A DNA stretch of 63,472 bases, filler included, from Reclinomonas americana ATCC 50394 (lineage: Eukaryota): NCBI GenBank assembly GCA_048213135.1. It is 7 parts of 2 records of this genome, joined end to end, with 100 filler letters (N's around TTAATTAATTAA, not from the genome) between each part and the next. Parts side by side here need not be neighbours in the genome. Positions count along the whole stretch, not along the records: positions 1 to 28,074 come from PS015574.1; positions 28,175 to 35,884 come from PS015574.1; positions 35,985 to 46,488 come from PS015574.1; 4 more parts are not named here. The stretch is one strand, 5' to 3'. Positions 23,962 through 36,424 of this stretch are shown here, piece after piece. Made by a program: the position numbers and the translations under genes. Positions within the stretch are counted from its first letter, which is position 1. The number at the start of each line of letters is the position of its first letter. Under the pieces are notes generated by a model. The model was not told the DNA's origin and searched no databases. It worked only from the letters and a program-made list of their open reading frames with translations.

Positions 23962-26900
23962 ATGTCGGGTGGGCAACCTACGCCGTACTCTGGCGTGTTT
24001 GGCCGTCAAGGGCCCAAGCGTGAGCGCGATGGCGTCGATGCTGATGCTGTCTATGTGGGTGGACTTGGTCGAGGGTGCGTATGCACACACACACGCGCAC
24101 ACACACTCACACACTCTCGTGCACCATGCTCTCTTTCTCTCATGCATATTTCCACGTGCGTGTGCGTCTGTCATCATCGTCATCGTTGTGATTGATGCAT
24201 TTTGTGCATGCATGCACAGTGCGCGCGCATTCACCACCTCGGCCGAGACTGCAGCTGTGCGGACTCAGTTCTCGTACGTAAGCCACCCTTGTGATGTTGC
24301 GCAGCAGGCGCCCTTGTCTCATTGTGTGTGTGTGTGTGTGCGCGCGCGTGGCAAATCAGGGCACCTCCAAGTGGACCCAGTGGTGGCGGTCGCGGCAGTG
24401 GCCTGTTTGGTCCACGTCCGGCGGGCTACGTGCCTGGCGCAGGTCGTGGTGCAGCGCCTGCGTCGCTCACGGCTATGGATACTTGTGCGTCGCGTGATCA
24501 GGCACGTTTCTCTGTGTGCGTGTGTGCTGAAAGGCATCGTTCAATGTCGCAGTGGAACCGGCGTACAAGCGCCGCAAGATGGAGCGCGAGGGCAAGCGTG
24601 CCAACGACGAAGGCACAGTGCTCATGCCGCAGGCTCCCGCGCCGGCGCCTCCGCCAATGGGAGGTGGTGGACGAGGAGGCCGCGACGAAGAGGGCGGTGG
24701 TGAGGACGAGGGCCAGTTTGACAACTGGGCCGGCAGCGGTGCTGGTCTGTTTGCCAACGATCCCTACGACGATGAGGACCGCGAGGCCGATTCGGTGTAC
24801 CAGATGATTGACGAGCGCATGGATTCGCGGCGCCGTGACGCGCGTGAGAAGGCGCTGAAGGAGCAGATGACCAAGTTCCGCCACCAGACACCGAAGATCC
24901 AGCAACAGTTTGCCGACCTGAAGAAGAACCTCAGTGGTGCGCACATGTCTGTTCTTCTATAAGTCGTGTGTGTTAGATGATGCTCACTCGCAGTGTTTAC
25001 GCAGTGGTGTCGGCCGACGAGTGGACTGCCATTCCCGAAATTGGCGACCGCAGCATTCGCTTCCGCAAGAAGAAGGAGATCTACACTCGCGCACCAGACT
25101 CACTGCTGGAGGTGGCGCGTGCCGAGGCCACGCACATGACGACACTGGACGATCGGCAGCAGTCGGGTGCCGAGACGCCAATGACCGATCTCACGGCCGT
25201 CGGCGAGGCTCGTGGCACGGTCATGGCGGCCAAGCTGACAAAGCTCGCCGACTCGGTGTCGGGCCAGACGGTTGTGAATCCGCAGTCGTACCTCACCGAT
25301 CTCGGCTCGCTGCAAGTACACAGCGCCGCCGACATTAGCGACATCAAGAAGGCTCGTCTGCTGCTGAACTCGGTGACCACCACCAATCCTACACATGCGC
25401 CTGGCTGGATTGCCGCTGCGCGTCTAGAGGAGCAAGCTGGTCGAGTGGCGGCCGCTCGCACCATTATCAATCAGGGTTGCGAAGCGTGTCCTCTCAACGA
25501 AGATGTGTGGCTGGAGGCGTCACGTTTGGCCGTTGCGTGTTTGCGCTCTTTCCTTTCCGCCCACACACATTGTTTGATTGCCGCGCTCACGAGTTGAGGT
25601 GCAGACGCCGGACAATGCCAAAAAGGTGCTGGCGCTGGCCATCCAGAAGATTCCCACCAGCATCAAGATCTGGCTCCAAGCGGCCTCGCTGGAGAATGAT
25701 GAAAAACTGAAGAAGCGCGTACTTCGACGAGGTATGCTGGTGTTGTTGTCATTGACCGGGGGAATTCTGCTGTGAGCTGACTTGTCCGTGGCGCAGCGCT
25801 GCAACACGTGCCAAACTCTGTTCGCTTGTGGAAGGAGGCCGTCTCATTGGAGGACCCCGACGACGCTCGAATCATGCTCAGTCGCGCTGTGGAGTTACGT
25901 CAAGCCGGGCATGTCTTGTTCTTTTTTTGTGGTCGTGGACTCAAGACGAGCTGTTGCATGGTGTGCAGATGCGTGCCACAAAGTGTCGACATGTGGTTGG
26001 CGCTGGCGCGCTTGGAGTCGTACGAGAACGCCAAGAAGGTGCTGAACCGGGCACGCAAAGCGCTGCCGACAGAGCCACTGATTTGGATCACGGCCGCCAA
26101 ACTCGAGGAGGCCAATGACCACGAGGACCGCATTCAGATGATTATCAAGAACGGTATGACTGTGTGTGTGTGTTCTCTCCTTTTCTTGTGGTCCTCGACT
26201 CATCTCGGTTGCTCCGCCCTCCCACGCAGCTGTCAAGTCTCTCACGGCGCACAGTGCGGTGCTGGATCGCGAGTCGTGGATCAAAATGGCTCGTGAGTGC
26301 GAGGCCTCCGGATCCGTGCAAACGTGTCAAGCTATTGTCCGCGAGACCATTGGAATGGGTATCGATGACGAGGATCGCAAGCACTCGTGGATGGAGGACG
26401 CAGAAAAGGTGCGTGGGTGGTGTCTGTGTCTGGATTGGATCGTGTGGATTTCTTGGTTTTCATCTTTGCGTTCACAGAGCCGTGCCGAGGGATTCGTGGA
26501 GACCGCCCGTGCGATCTATGCGCACGCGCTTTCCGTGTTCCGCAACAAGAAGAGTCTGTGGCTGGCGGCCGCCAATCTCGAACGCAAGCACGGACAGCTG
26601 GGTGCGTACCGTGTCACAAACGAAAAAGTAGTATGCGAGAGCCACACTCACCTCTGCGCCACACACAGACACGTTGAACGAGTTGCTGAAGCGTGCCGTG
26701 ACATTCTGCCCTCAAGCCGAGACGCTGTGGCTGATGGCCGCCAAGGAGCGATGGTTGGCGGTTCGTAGCACGCACTACCTATCTCATGTTTGTCCGCGCG
26801 TCGTCTGAGATTCATTTTTCGCGTGCGCTCAGGGTGATGCCGATGGAGCACGTGTGATTTTGAGCGAGGCCTTTGCTGCAAATCCCGACAGTGAGGCCAT

Positions 26901-27943
26901 TTGGTTGGCCGCCGTCAAGGTCGAAAGTGAGAGCAATGCAGTGGAGGACGCTCGTCGTCTGCTAGAACGCGCACGTGAGCATTGTGCCACGGCGCGTGTG
27001 TGGATGAAATCGGCGCAGTTGGAGCGGCAGCTTGGCGATCACGAACGACAACGGCAGCTGCTGGAGGAGGCCGTGGAGCGGTTCCCCACCGCTCCCAAGT
27101 TGTGGATGATGCTCGGCCAGTTGGAGGAGGAGAGTGGCAGCGTCGAGAAAGCTCGTGCGGCCTACATTCAGGGCATTCGCCACAACAGCGACGCTGTGCC
27201 GCTGTGGCTCTGCAGTTCACGCTTGGAGGAGAAGTCTGGAAACATCACCAAGGCACGTGCCATGCTAGAGAAGGCGCGCTCGCAGAATCCGAATGTGCCG
27301 CGACTCTGGTTCGTTCTGCCTGCTTTCATGCGTTCCTCATGTCGACACTTTTGGTAACAGTTTTTTGTGTGTGTCGCAGGTTGGAAGCCATTCGAGTCGA
27401 AGTTCGTGCGTCCAGTCACAAGATGGCCGAGTCGCTGCTTGCGCGCGCCCTGCAGCAGTGCCCCAAGAGTGGCGAGTTGTGGGCCGAGGCGGTGGAGCTG
27501 GAACCTCGTGCCAGCCGACGTGCCAGAGCGCTGGAGGCACTGAAGCACTGCTCCAGCGACGCACACGTGTTGCTGAGTGCCGCCAAGATGTTCTGGCAGG
27601 ACCGCAAGCTCGACAAGGCGCGTGAGTGGTTCAACAAGGCCGTCAATGCCGATCCCGATCTCGGTGATGTGTGGGCGACCTGGTTCAAGTTTGAGCTGCA
27701 ACACGGAACCCCGGTGCGTTCACGCACCGTCGCTACTGATGTGGATGTTCTCTCTTGCTCATGTGTGTGTGTGTGTGTGTGCAGGCCCAGCAAGATGTGG
27801 TGCGTCGACGGTGTACCGAGGCCGATCCACATCACGGCGAAAAGTGGGTGTCGGTCCTGAAGGATCCACAGTTCTGCACGGTTGGCGGCTCCCGCTTGTC
27901 GACGGCCGAGGTGCTTGAGCACGTGGCCGCTCGCATCGAGTGA
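23962..27943 (+). CDS. PRPF6: Pre-mRNA splicing factor PRP6 (U5-102K), 14 exons
   Basis: [79 protein letters not shown], many HAT repeats, [33 protein letters not shown]. Confidence 0.96.
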
Positions 27944-28118
27944 TGATTCTGTATGCGTGTGCGCCGTCTGTCGGAATCCTTTGACAATACACACAGGCGA
28001 GGGTACGATTCACTCGAAAAATCATGTCATTGGTGGCTTCATCGGCTTGAACCACGGTGGCGCAAAAGCGTACANNNNNNNNNNNNNNNNNNNNNNNNNN
28101 NNNNNNNNNNNNNNNNNN

Positions 28119-28130
28119 TTAATTAATTAA
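28119..28130. other. Artificial contig spacer TTAATTAATTAA (also at 35929-35940, 46533-46544, 54587-54598, 59614-59625, 62034-62045)
   Basis: An identical 12-mer with stops in all six frames, flanked each time by about 44 N. Confidence 0.98.
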
Positions 28131-28174
28131 NNNNNNNNNNNNNNNNNNNNNNNNNNNNNNNNNNNNNNNNNNNN

Positions 28175-31100
28175 TCGCATCTTGGAGCTGGAGGACGAGT
28201 GCCGCTTGCTTCGCCTCAATGTCGAGGAGTTCAAGGCGCAGCACTCGCTGGAGCGCGAGCAACGCGAGGCCGCGGTCAACTCGAAGAAGGCCGCCCTCGA
28301 CGACAACCGCGAGCTGCAGCAGCAACTGGAGCTCATTCAGAAGGAGAAGACGCAGCAGATCCACCTGCTGCAGCGCCAGCTGCACACGCTGCAGGACGAG
28401 CACAACCAGCTGTACAACCGGCTGCAGCAGTCGCAGTCGGAGCGCAACGCCGAAGTCAGTCGGCTACAGCAGGAGCTCAACTTGGCGCAGTCGCAGGCCG
28501 AGGCACTGCGCAACATGCACGAGCAGGCCAAGGAGGAGCTTCGTGTCTCTGTGTCGCGCGTGTCGGCCGTGGAGCACGACGTCAAGTCGGCGAATATGGT
28601 GCGTGTGGAGGGATAGAGGATAGAGAGTGTGGCCGTCATTCGTGCTTTCATATCCGAGGTGGCTCACTCGATGTGTGTTTGTGTGCGCGCAGGCGGCGGA
28701 AGAGCGTGTGGCTGCGATGCAGCGTGAGCGTGACACGCTGCAGGATCGCCTCGACCTGATCGAGAAGGAGAAGACATCGATGGCCACAGTGGTGGAGATG
28801 GAGAAGCAATCGGTGACGGAGCGCACAACACAGCTGCAGGGCGAGCTGGCCAGGATACAGCAGGCCTACAACGTCGTCAATGCACAGTACATGTCGCTAA
28901 AGTCGGAGCTGGAGGCTCTCTTGGTGCGTCTGACACAGACAACCTGTGTTGTATTTTTTGCGTGTCTCTCACCCTCTCGCTCTCCTCTCTGTTTCCGGTG
29001 TACAGTCGCAACACCAGTTGGTGACTGCGGAGCGGGAGGAGATGATCCGCCAGCTGAATGACGCTCGCAAGCAGGCGCTAGAGCACGCCAGTTCACTGGA
29101 GGCCGTGACGGAGCGCATGCGCAACCGCGAGGAGGAATCACAAACGGTGCGGAAGCGCCAGGAGGCCGAGCTGGAGAGCCTGCGCAAGCGCCGCACCGAG
29201 CTGGAGCAAGACCTGCGCAGCCTCAACGACACGTACCAACGGCAGGGTGCTGAGCTGCGCACGGAGATGCATCTCATGAACCAGACCTTTGAGCAGCTGG
29301 AGGCCGAGAAGCAGCGCATGATCGAGGTGCTGCAGTCGCAGCTGGCCAGCATTCAGCGCGAGAACACCGAGCTCAACGATCGCTTCCAAGTTCTCAACCA
29401 GGATCGCCTCAAGTCCCTGCAGGTGCGCCGTGAACGGCACATTATTAGCGCCTGTGGGAAGTGTCCTCCTATTCACTGACATTCTCTCTCTCTCTCTCTC
29501 GTCTGCCCACCAGATGTTCGAGCTGAAGGACAAGGAGATGAGCGAGAATGTGCGTCTGCTGACCGAGGAGCGTGACCGATTGGGCCACCGCTACGACGAG
29601 GCCCGCAAGGAGCTGGCACAGCAGAGCAAGTCGTGGGCCGACGAGCGCGTCACCTTGACCACGCAACTCGACCAGCTGGAGTCCGACCACAAGTCGCTGA
29701 CGTCGCAGCTGGAGAACGCACGTGCCGACGTGGAGGCGCTGAAGAATCAGTTGGTGGAGACCGGCGATCGCCTGCGCGGCGACGGTGAGGCCTCGACTCG
29801 CAAGATGAGCGACCTGGCCAAGCGATTGGCCGACGCGGAGGCTTCGGATCGGCAACGCGAGAAGCAAGTGCAGTCGCTACAGGCGGCGTTTGACGATCTG
29901 CAGCAACGCTTCCAGCAAGTGAACAGCGAGCTGACGGCCATGGAGGAGGACAAGGCCAACCAGGCGCGCCAGTTCCGCGATCAGCTGCGCATTGCCATGG
30001 AGCAGAGGGCCGAGTTGATGACGGAGCTCAACACGGTGCGCCGCGAGAAGGAGATGTCCGAGACCGAGTTCAACCGCCGCGTCAACGCCATGGAGCTGCA
30101 GCAGCAGGCCGACCACCGCTCCATTGACCTGCTGAACAAGAAGCTGATTAGCGAGGTCACCAGCCGCGAGGAGTTGCTCAGCCAGCGCCAGCGCGACGTC
30201 AACATGCTGTCCACCGACCTCACGGAGACGCGGTCGCGTCTGGACGAGGCCGAGAGCCAACTGCGCCACAAGACGGAGGAGCTGGAGCGCGTGCGCCACT
30301 CGCTCAACGACCGCATCAAGTCGCTGGAGATTGAGAACCTGTCGTTGCAGTCGACGCTGCAATCGCTGCAATCGGATCACGAGACGACGCACTCAGAGGT
30401 CGTGCAGCTGCAGCAAAAGTTCCAGGACCAGACTCGACGCAACCAGGACTACATCCAGTCGCTGGAGGCCGAGAACACGGGGGCACTGGGTCGCGTGCAG
30501 CAGCTGGAGATTCAGACGGTGGAGCTGCGCGGGTCGCTGTCGCAGGCCGAGGAGCGCCTCCGCCAGGAGATGCAGGCCGCACAGCGCCGCGTGTCACTGC
30601 TGGAGAAGGAGCGTGACGACCTGAAGGCGGCGCTGACGGAAGCCAGCGAGGAGTACCGTGCCCGCTTTGCCGAGCTGGAGTCCAGCGTGCGTCAGCTGCA
30701 GGACGAGAAGGCGCGTCTGGAGATGAACGTGCAGGGTCTGGAGGAGATCAACAAGAACCAGCACGACGTGTTGGAGCGCACGCGCGAGTCGCACGCGGAG
30801 GAGCTGTCGCAAGTGCGCGCGCTGGCCGAGCGCCGCCTGCGCACGGCGAACGCCGAGTCCAACCAGGTGTCGGAGCAGCTGAGCCACGTGACGAACCAGT
30901 TGACGCACGCACACGCCACCATTGCCAATCTGTCGCAACAGAACGACAAAATCCGCACCGAGTCCGACGCGCGGCTCGGTCAGCTGGAGGACGTGGTGCG
31001 CCAGTTGGAGGCGGAGCGCAACGAGCTGGTGCTGCAGTATGAGGAGGCCATTGCCAAGCTGCGCACGTTTGCCCACGAGTTCCAGACCTTCCGCCAGACG

Positions 31101-34020
31101 GTCGAGGTGAGTATGTGTGAAGCAAAAAAGCCAATCAAGTGCCGCCCGTGTTTGCTCACCAGTGTGTGTAGATTGACGAGGAGAACTCGGCTCGCGACTT
31201 GGCGCAGTACCAGAACGCTCTGGAGCGCATGCAGGCGGAGCGCGAGAGTCTCTCGGAGGAGCGTGATGCAGCAAGGCGGCAGCTGTTGGATATCCGCTCC
31301 GAGTGCGAAGACTTGCGTGCGACGCGCGTCGTGCTGGAGCAGACGAATGCTTCGCTGGGCGTGGAGCTGCGTGCGTCCAAAGAACGCTTGCGTACGATGG
31401 AGAACGAGCTGGCCGAGGAGCGCCAGCTGCAGGCGCAGGCCCTGCTCAACCACCAGCGTGCGGCGCGTGAGGAGATCGAGAGCCTCAACTTGTACTTGGA
31501 GGAGGCGCGCAGTCAGCAGGACATTTTGCGTGAGCAGCGTGGTCAGCTGATGGAGGAGAACACCAAGCTCGGCGAGCAGATGGAGGCCATGCGTCAGGAT
31601 CAGAACAAGCGCTCCCGGGAGCACAACCAGCAGATTCAGCAGCTGAACGACGAGATCCGCACATGGCGTCAAAAGGCGACCAGTTGCGTGGACCGCGATT
31701 GTGTTTCCGTGTTGCATGCAGGCAGAAGACTCACCTCCTGTTGTGCGCAGATCTCGAGCAGGACCAGCTGCGCTCGCTGAAGCGACAACTGCAAGAGCTG
31801 CAAGTGGTCAACGTGCGCAACGAGGAGCGTGTCACGGAGCTCGACCGCGAGTTGCACGAGAAGAACCTCGCGCTGCAGGAGCTGGAGCACAAGTACACCC
31901 GCGCCATGACTGAGAAGTCGAACCAGCAGCGACAGTCGAATGCACAGCTGCAGGACGAGAACCAGCAGCTGCGTCGCAAGGTGGAGCAGCTCCAGCATGC
32001 GCTGGTGGAGAGCCGCGCTGTGTGCGATCGCACCATGCACGAGCTGACTGCCACGCAGCTCAAGGTCCGCGAGCTGCACGACCACATTGTTGCGTACGCG
32101 CGAGTCCTCAACGCGATCCTCTCCTCAACTTCTTGTGACTGACATTGTTGTTTCGTGACAGGCAACCACTCCGTCGGGTGTGGCGGCAAGCGACTTTGAG
32201 CAGGTGTCGGCCGAACTGCGCGAGATGAAGACGAACAACAGCCTGTTGCGCGAGGAGGTCAAGTCGATGCAGTCGCGTGTGCAAGAGTCGAACATGCAGT
32301 GCGATCTGTGGCACCAAAAGGCGCTGGAGTACGAGCGCCAGAGCCAGGCGGTGCGCGAGGCCTTCCAGCAGCGCGAGCAGACGATGCAGAGCACGAATGT
32401 GCAGCTGTCGAACCAGCTGCGCCAGATGCAGGAGGTCATTGAGGTGATCTCCGAGCAGCGCCGCTCGCTGCAGCGTGACAACGAGGCACTGACGGCACGC
32501 CTGGAGCAAACGCAAACGCAAGTGGCGCAAGTCAACGAAGGCGTGCAGCGCAACTCCAAGGACGCCGAGGAGCGTCTGCGCCGCCTGCAGGCTGAAAGCG
32601 TTGCGTGCGATAGGAGTAGGTTGGTTTGCTCAATTCACTCTGTTCGCTCACACTCGTCTTGTGATGAAACCAACAGCGCGAGCTGGAGGCCAAGCTACGC
32701 GAGGTCACCGAGGACCGTGACACGTGCCGCCTGCGTGCTCAAAAGCTGGAGAACCAGCTGAAGACCATGGAGCACGCGTTCGAGAAGGCACGGCAGGAGG
32801 TGGATGTCCGCGATCAACGCCAGATTTCGCTGGAGAGCAGTTTGGAGGACGTCCGCCAGGAGGCCGTGCAGGCGCGCGAGCTGCGTCGCCAGAACGAAGA
32901 TCTGCGAACTGAGACCGAAGTCCTGCGTCGCCAACACGCGGAGACGTCGTCGGCTTTGAGCGACTTGCGCGCTCAGCTGAACGAGTATGCGGCGGCCTCG
33001 GAGGACCAGTGCCATCAGCTCATGTCGCGCAATCATCTGTTGACTCGCGAGGTGAGGAGGGAGAAAATGAGAGAAGACAGAGCTTCATTTGATGTTCTTG
33101 TATGTGCTCACTCGATGCGCAGTTGTCGGAGCTGCAACACCGATACGAATCGGAGCGCCAGGCGTTCCTGCTGAAGTTGCAGGCGGCGGCTGACGATCGC
33201 AATGCGCTGCTCGGCAGCCATCACACGCAAATGTCGGCCATGGAGCACGCCGTGCGCCAGTGCAAGGACCAGATGCGCAAGACCGAGGAAGCCAACAATG
33301 TGCTCACCGGTCAGCGACGCAACCTGCAGACAGAGCTGGCGCGCCTGCAGAACGAGATGCAACAGGTTGGCGACGATCTTTCGTGACACACACACACACA
33401 CGGATCCCGATTCACTCACTTTTTTTCTTCTCTCCTCGTGTAGCACATTCTGGCCGGCTCGCACGCCTCGGTGACGTCGTACATGAACACCACCATCGAG
33501 TCGATGCAGAAGCGCCTGCGCGATGCCGAGCAGGAGAACCAGCGTCTGCAGGTGGTGGCCGATGCGGCTCGCAAGGAGGGCGAGGATGCCACGGCGCAAT
33601 TGCTGCAGCATCTGTCCGAATTGTCGGCCAGCTCGCAGGCGTTTGAGGACACGAAGGTTTGGTGCAGTCGCTGTCTTCTCCTCCGCCTCCTGCTCTTGAA
33701 GACCTTTGGCTCACCTGTCTTCCCTCCAGATGGCCAATCTGCGTCTCGAGAACGAAATCACTCGCCTGCAGGTCGAGTTGCATTCGCTGCGCCAGGAGAC
33801 CGACGAGTACCGCAACGCCATGGAGCGCGACGGCTATGCCAGCGTGCACGGCGGTGGCGGTGGCGGTATGGCACAAGCTGCCGCAGCCGCGGCGCCGTCG
33901 GCGTCGCGTTCGCGTGAGTTGCGCATGACTCTGCTCGAGCGCAAGGTCCGCGAACTGGAGGACGAGAATCAGCGACTGCTGACCGCACCGGCGGTCGGCT
34001 CGCAGAGATATGCGCCATGA
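28175..34020 (+). CDS. Very long coiled-coil protein (myosin-tail/rootletin/golgin-like composition), 5' truncated
   Basis: More than 1,500 aa of E/Q/R/L heptad-rich sequence across about 11 exons with in-frame GT-AG joins. It ends ...VGSQRYAP*. Confidence 0.85.
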
Positions 34021-34379
34021 GTGCGTGTCATCTTGCCTCACCCCCCTTTAATGTTTTTCCCATTGTTCAATTAGGTTGTTATGTGTGTGTGTTGTTTTTT
34101 AAGAAATGTTTTGCTCCCACGCTTTGTTGATTTTTTTCTGGGTCGTGTGTTATGTGACTTATATTTTTTCCCTTCACCTTTTATGCGTCACTTGCCACCC
34201 GCTGTACTCCTCCGCATGCTTGTTTGTCGAGAAGAAATTGTGTTGTTTGAAAATACAAGCAAGCGGAAATCCTTTATGACACAAAGGAGGGAAGGGAGTC
34301 GGAAAAATGATCACTTGTCCTGCGTCAAATAAGGTCCTCGTTCCTCACACACGCCACACAAAGAAGTAAGGGGAGAGAG

Positions 34380-35860
34380 ATGGCCGGCAGTCATGGACTC
34401 GATTTGCCTCGCTTCCTGCACTCGGTGTACTTTGAGTCGTTGCGTGCCACGAGTGAAAAGAGTGCCTCACAAAACCCGCACACTCGTTTACACACACACA
34501 CATGCAAACGCAGACAAGAGATGGCCATGTGTGCAGTGCACGCAGTCAACTCGCTCCTGCAAGGTACCACTATCATGCACACATGCTCACGCACTTTGCA
34601 TTGCTTTTCTCACTTTCAATGATAAGGCGCCTATGTGACCGAGGTTGATCTCGCCGATCTTGCACGCCAGGTGGAGGCGCAAGAGGCGAGAGCGATCGCC
34701 GACGTGCTGGGATCGGATTCGCAGGCGTACCTCGACTACCTGGGCGTTGCGTTCACACATGGTGTGTGTAGCACTGTGTGTGAGGACGACGACTGACAGC
34801 TGGGAGATCGCAGCGTGACAGTGAGCACATGTCGCCCGACGGAAACTTCTCTGTTGTGTAGTCGACCGCGAGAGTGTGTGTATGTGTGTTGCGCTGACGC
34901 ACCTCTGTGTGTGTGTGCGCGCGCGCGCAGGTGCAAACCATTCAGGCGGCACTCGATCCGTGGGAACTGCAGCTGCTGACGATTGACGGGGAGGGAGCGG
35001 ATCGAGCTGCCATTCGACGAGCTCCCGAGTCCGAGACGGCCTTGTTGCGTCGCCGAGGGGGAAAGAAAGAGAGTGAGTGTGTGCTGACGCACTGCGGCAC
35101 GCACAGTTTGTGCAACCAGGGCAATCACTGGTTCGCCATGAGACACTTTGGAGCGGCGTTAGGTGGACCCTGGCTCAACTTGAACAGCTGCCTGAAGCAG
35201 CCCGAGTTGCGTTGGAGATTGCTCAGCACCGCCGTTGAGTGTGCACACAGCTGATCGCCTGTCTCTACGTGCACCAGGTTCGTGTCGGACTTTTACCTGG
35301 CTGCCTTTATTGAGCAGCTTCGTCTCGAGGGGTACACCGTGTTTGCCGTGCGCGGTGAGTCGATCCGCTCACTACTACCTCCTCCTCCTCCTTGCTGGTG
35401 ACTCACTTTGCTGTGGCACACAGGCAACTTGCCACCGTGCGATGCCGACGAAATGGCGATGCAACTCAAGCTGGAGGAGTTTGAGCGCGAGGCTCCACCG
35501 CCGTCACCGGCCGATCAGCAGAACCCGTTTGCGGTCAGTCCGGGACTGCGTCGAGTGGCGTCGGAGACGGATGAGTTGATTCAGCGTGCGCTGCGCGAGA
35601 GTCTATACTCGGGCGTCGGCTCACCCGGCGATCCGCTGCCGACCATCACCCGCCGCTCGCCGATGGGATCCCCAACGGGTTCTTCGCCAGCGCCTCCGGA
35701 GCCATCAGCTCGTGAACCTGCTGCAGCAGCGGTGGTCATTCCCGAATGTCCGCCCGAGCCGCCAGCCGGCGAGGGTGTGGTGACGATCAAGTTCCGATGT
35801 CCGGCGTACGCGGCAGTGCACAACAAAGTGCGCCGCTTCTCGAGCTCATCGCCGTGCCAG
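34380..35860 (+). CDS. ATXN3: Ataxin-3-like Josephin deubiquitinase with UIM and UBX-like C-terminus (3' truncated)
   Basis: VYFESQEMAMCAVHAVNSLLQG (Cys), DGNFSVQTI, AFLCNQGNHWFAMR (His), WLNLNS (Asn), PEFVSDFYLAAFIEQLRLEGYTVFAVRGNLP, DELIQRALRESL, EPPAGEGVVTIKFRCP...VRRFSS. Confidence 0.88.
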
Positions 35861-36102
35861 GTGCGTCGCCAGCGCAGCAACGCGNNNNNNNNNNNNNNNN
35901 NNNNNNNNNNNNNNNNNNNNNNNNNNNNTTAATTAATTAANNNNNNNNNNNNNNNNNNNNNNNNNNNNNNNNNNNNNNNNNNNNGGCACAGGCGAGAGAG
36001 CTTGCTCTTCTCTTGTTGCTCAGTAAGAGAGAGAGAGAGGGAGGAGAGTGGGAGAAGGCGCGCCATGGCGGTGACAGATCTCTCTCTTCTCTTCTCTCTC
36101 AC

Positions 36103-36222
36103 CTTTGCGCCTTTCCGGTTGACGCCCTTGACCTTCTTCTTGGACTCGCTGACGAGCACTGCAGGCTCGTAGCGCACCAGCGACGGGGCCGCTTGTGGCA
36201 CACCAGATGATGATCCAATCAT
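36103..36222 (-). CDS. DNALI1: First exon of axonemal inner-arm dynein light chain p28
   Basis: PSLVRYEPAVLVSESKKKVKG resembles the p28 N-terminus SL(V/L)(R/K)YD.PVLVS. It is followed by a gtgaga donor and then the contig end. Confidence 0.65.
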
Positions 36223-36424
36223 TTGTCACTCGCACTCACACTGACACACACACTCACACAAACAGAGAAAGCAAGAGACACTAGATGCAGTAGTGGTACA
36301 ACAACAGCAACAGCAAACGAGCGAGGAGCGCGCGCTTTTCTTCAAGTTAAACGACCAGCGGAATCCGTCGCTTGCAATGGACTGGTGGATTTCGCGCTCT
36401 CTCACTCACGACACTGCCTTCTCC

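Noticed and set aside
24447..24552. Possible non-GT donor (CTGCGT or GC) in PRP6 intron 3
   Set aside because: A canonical t|GTGCGT donor at 24485 gives an in-frame 68-nt intron (AMDT-L-EPAY).
25894..35212. Reading the shifted sites as G|TT-starting introns
   Set aside because: With the AG acceptors present, only cleavage before the G keeps the frame (e.g. TT|T Phe at 35044, GA|A Glu at 25894).
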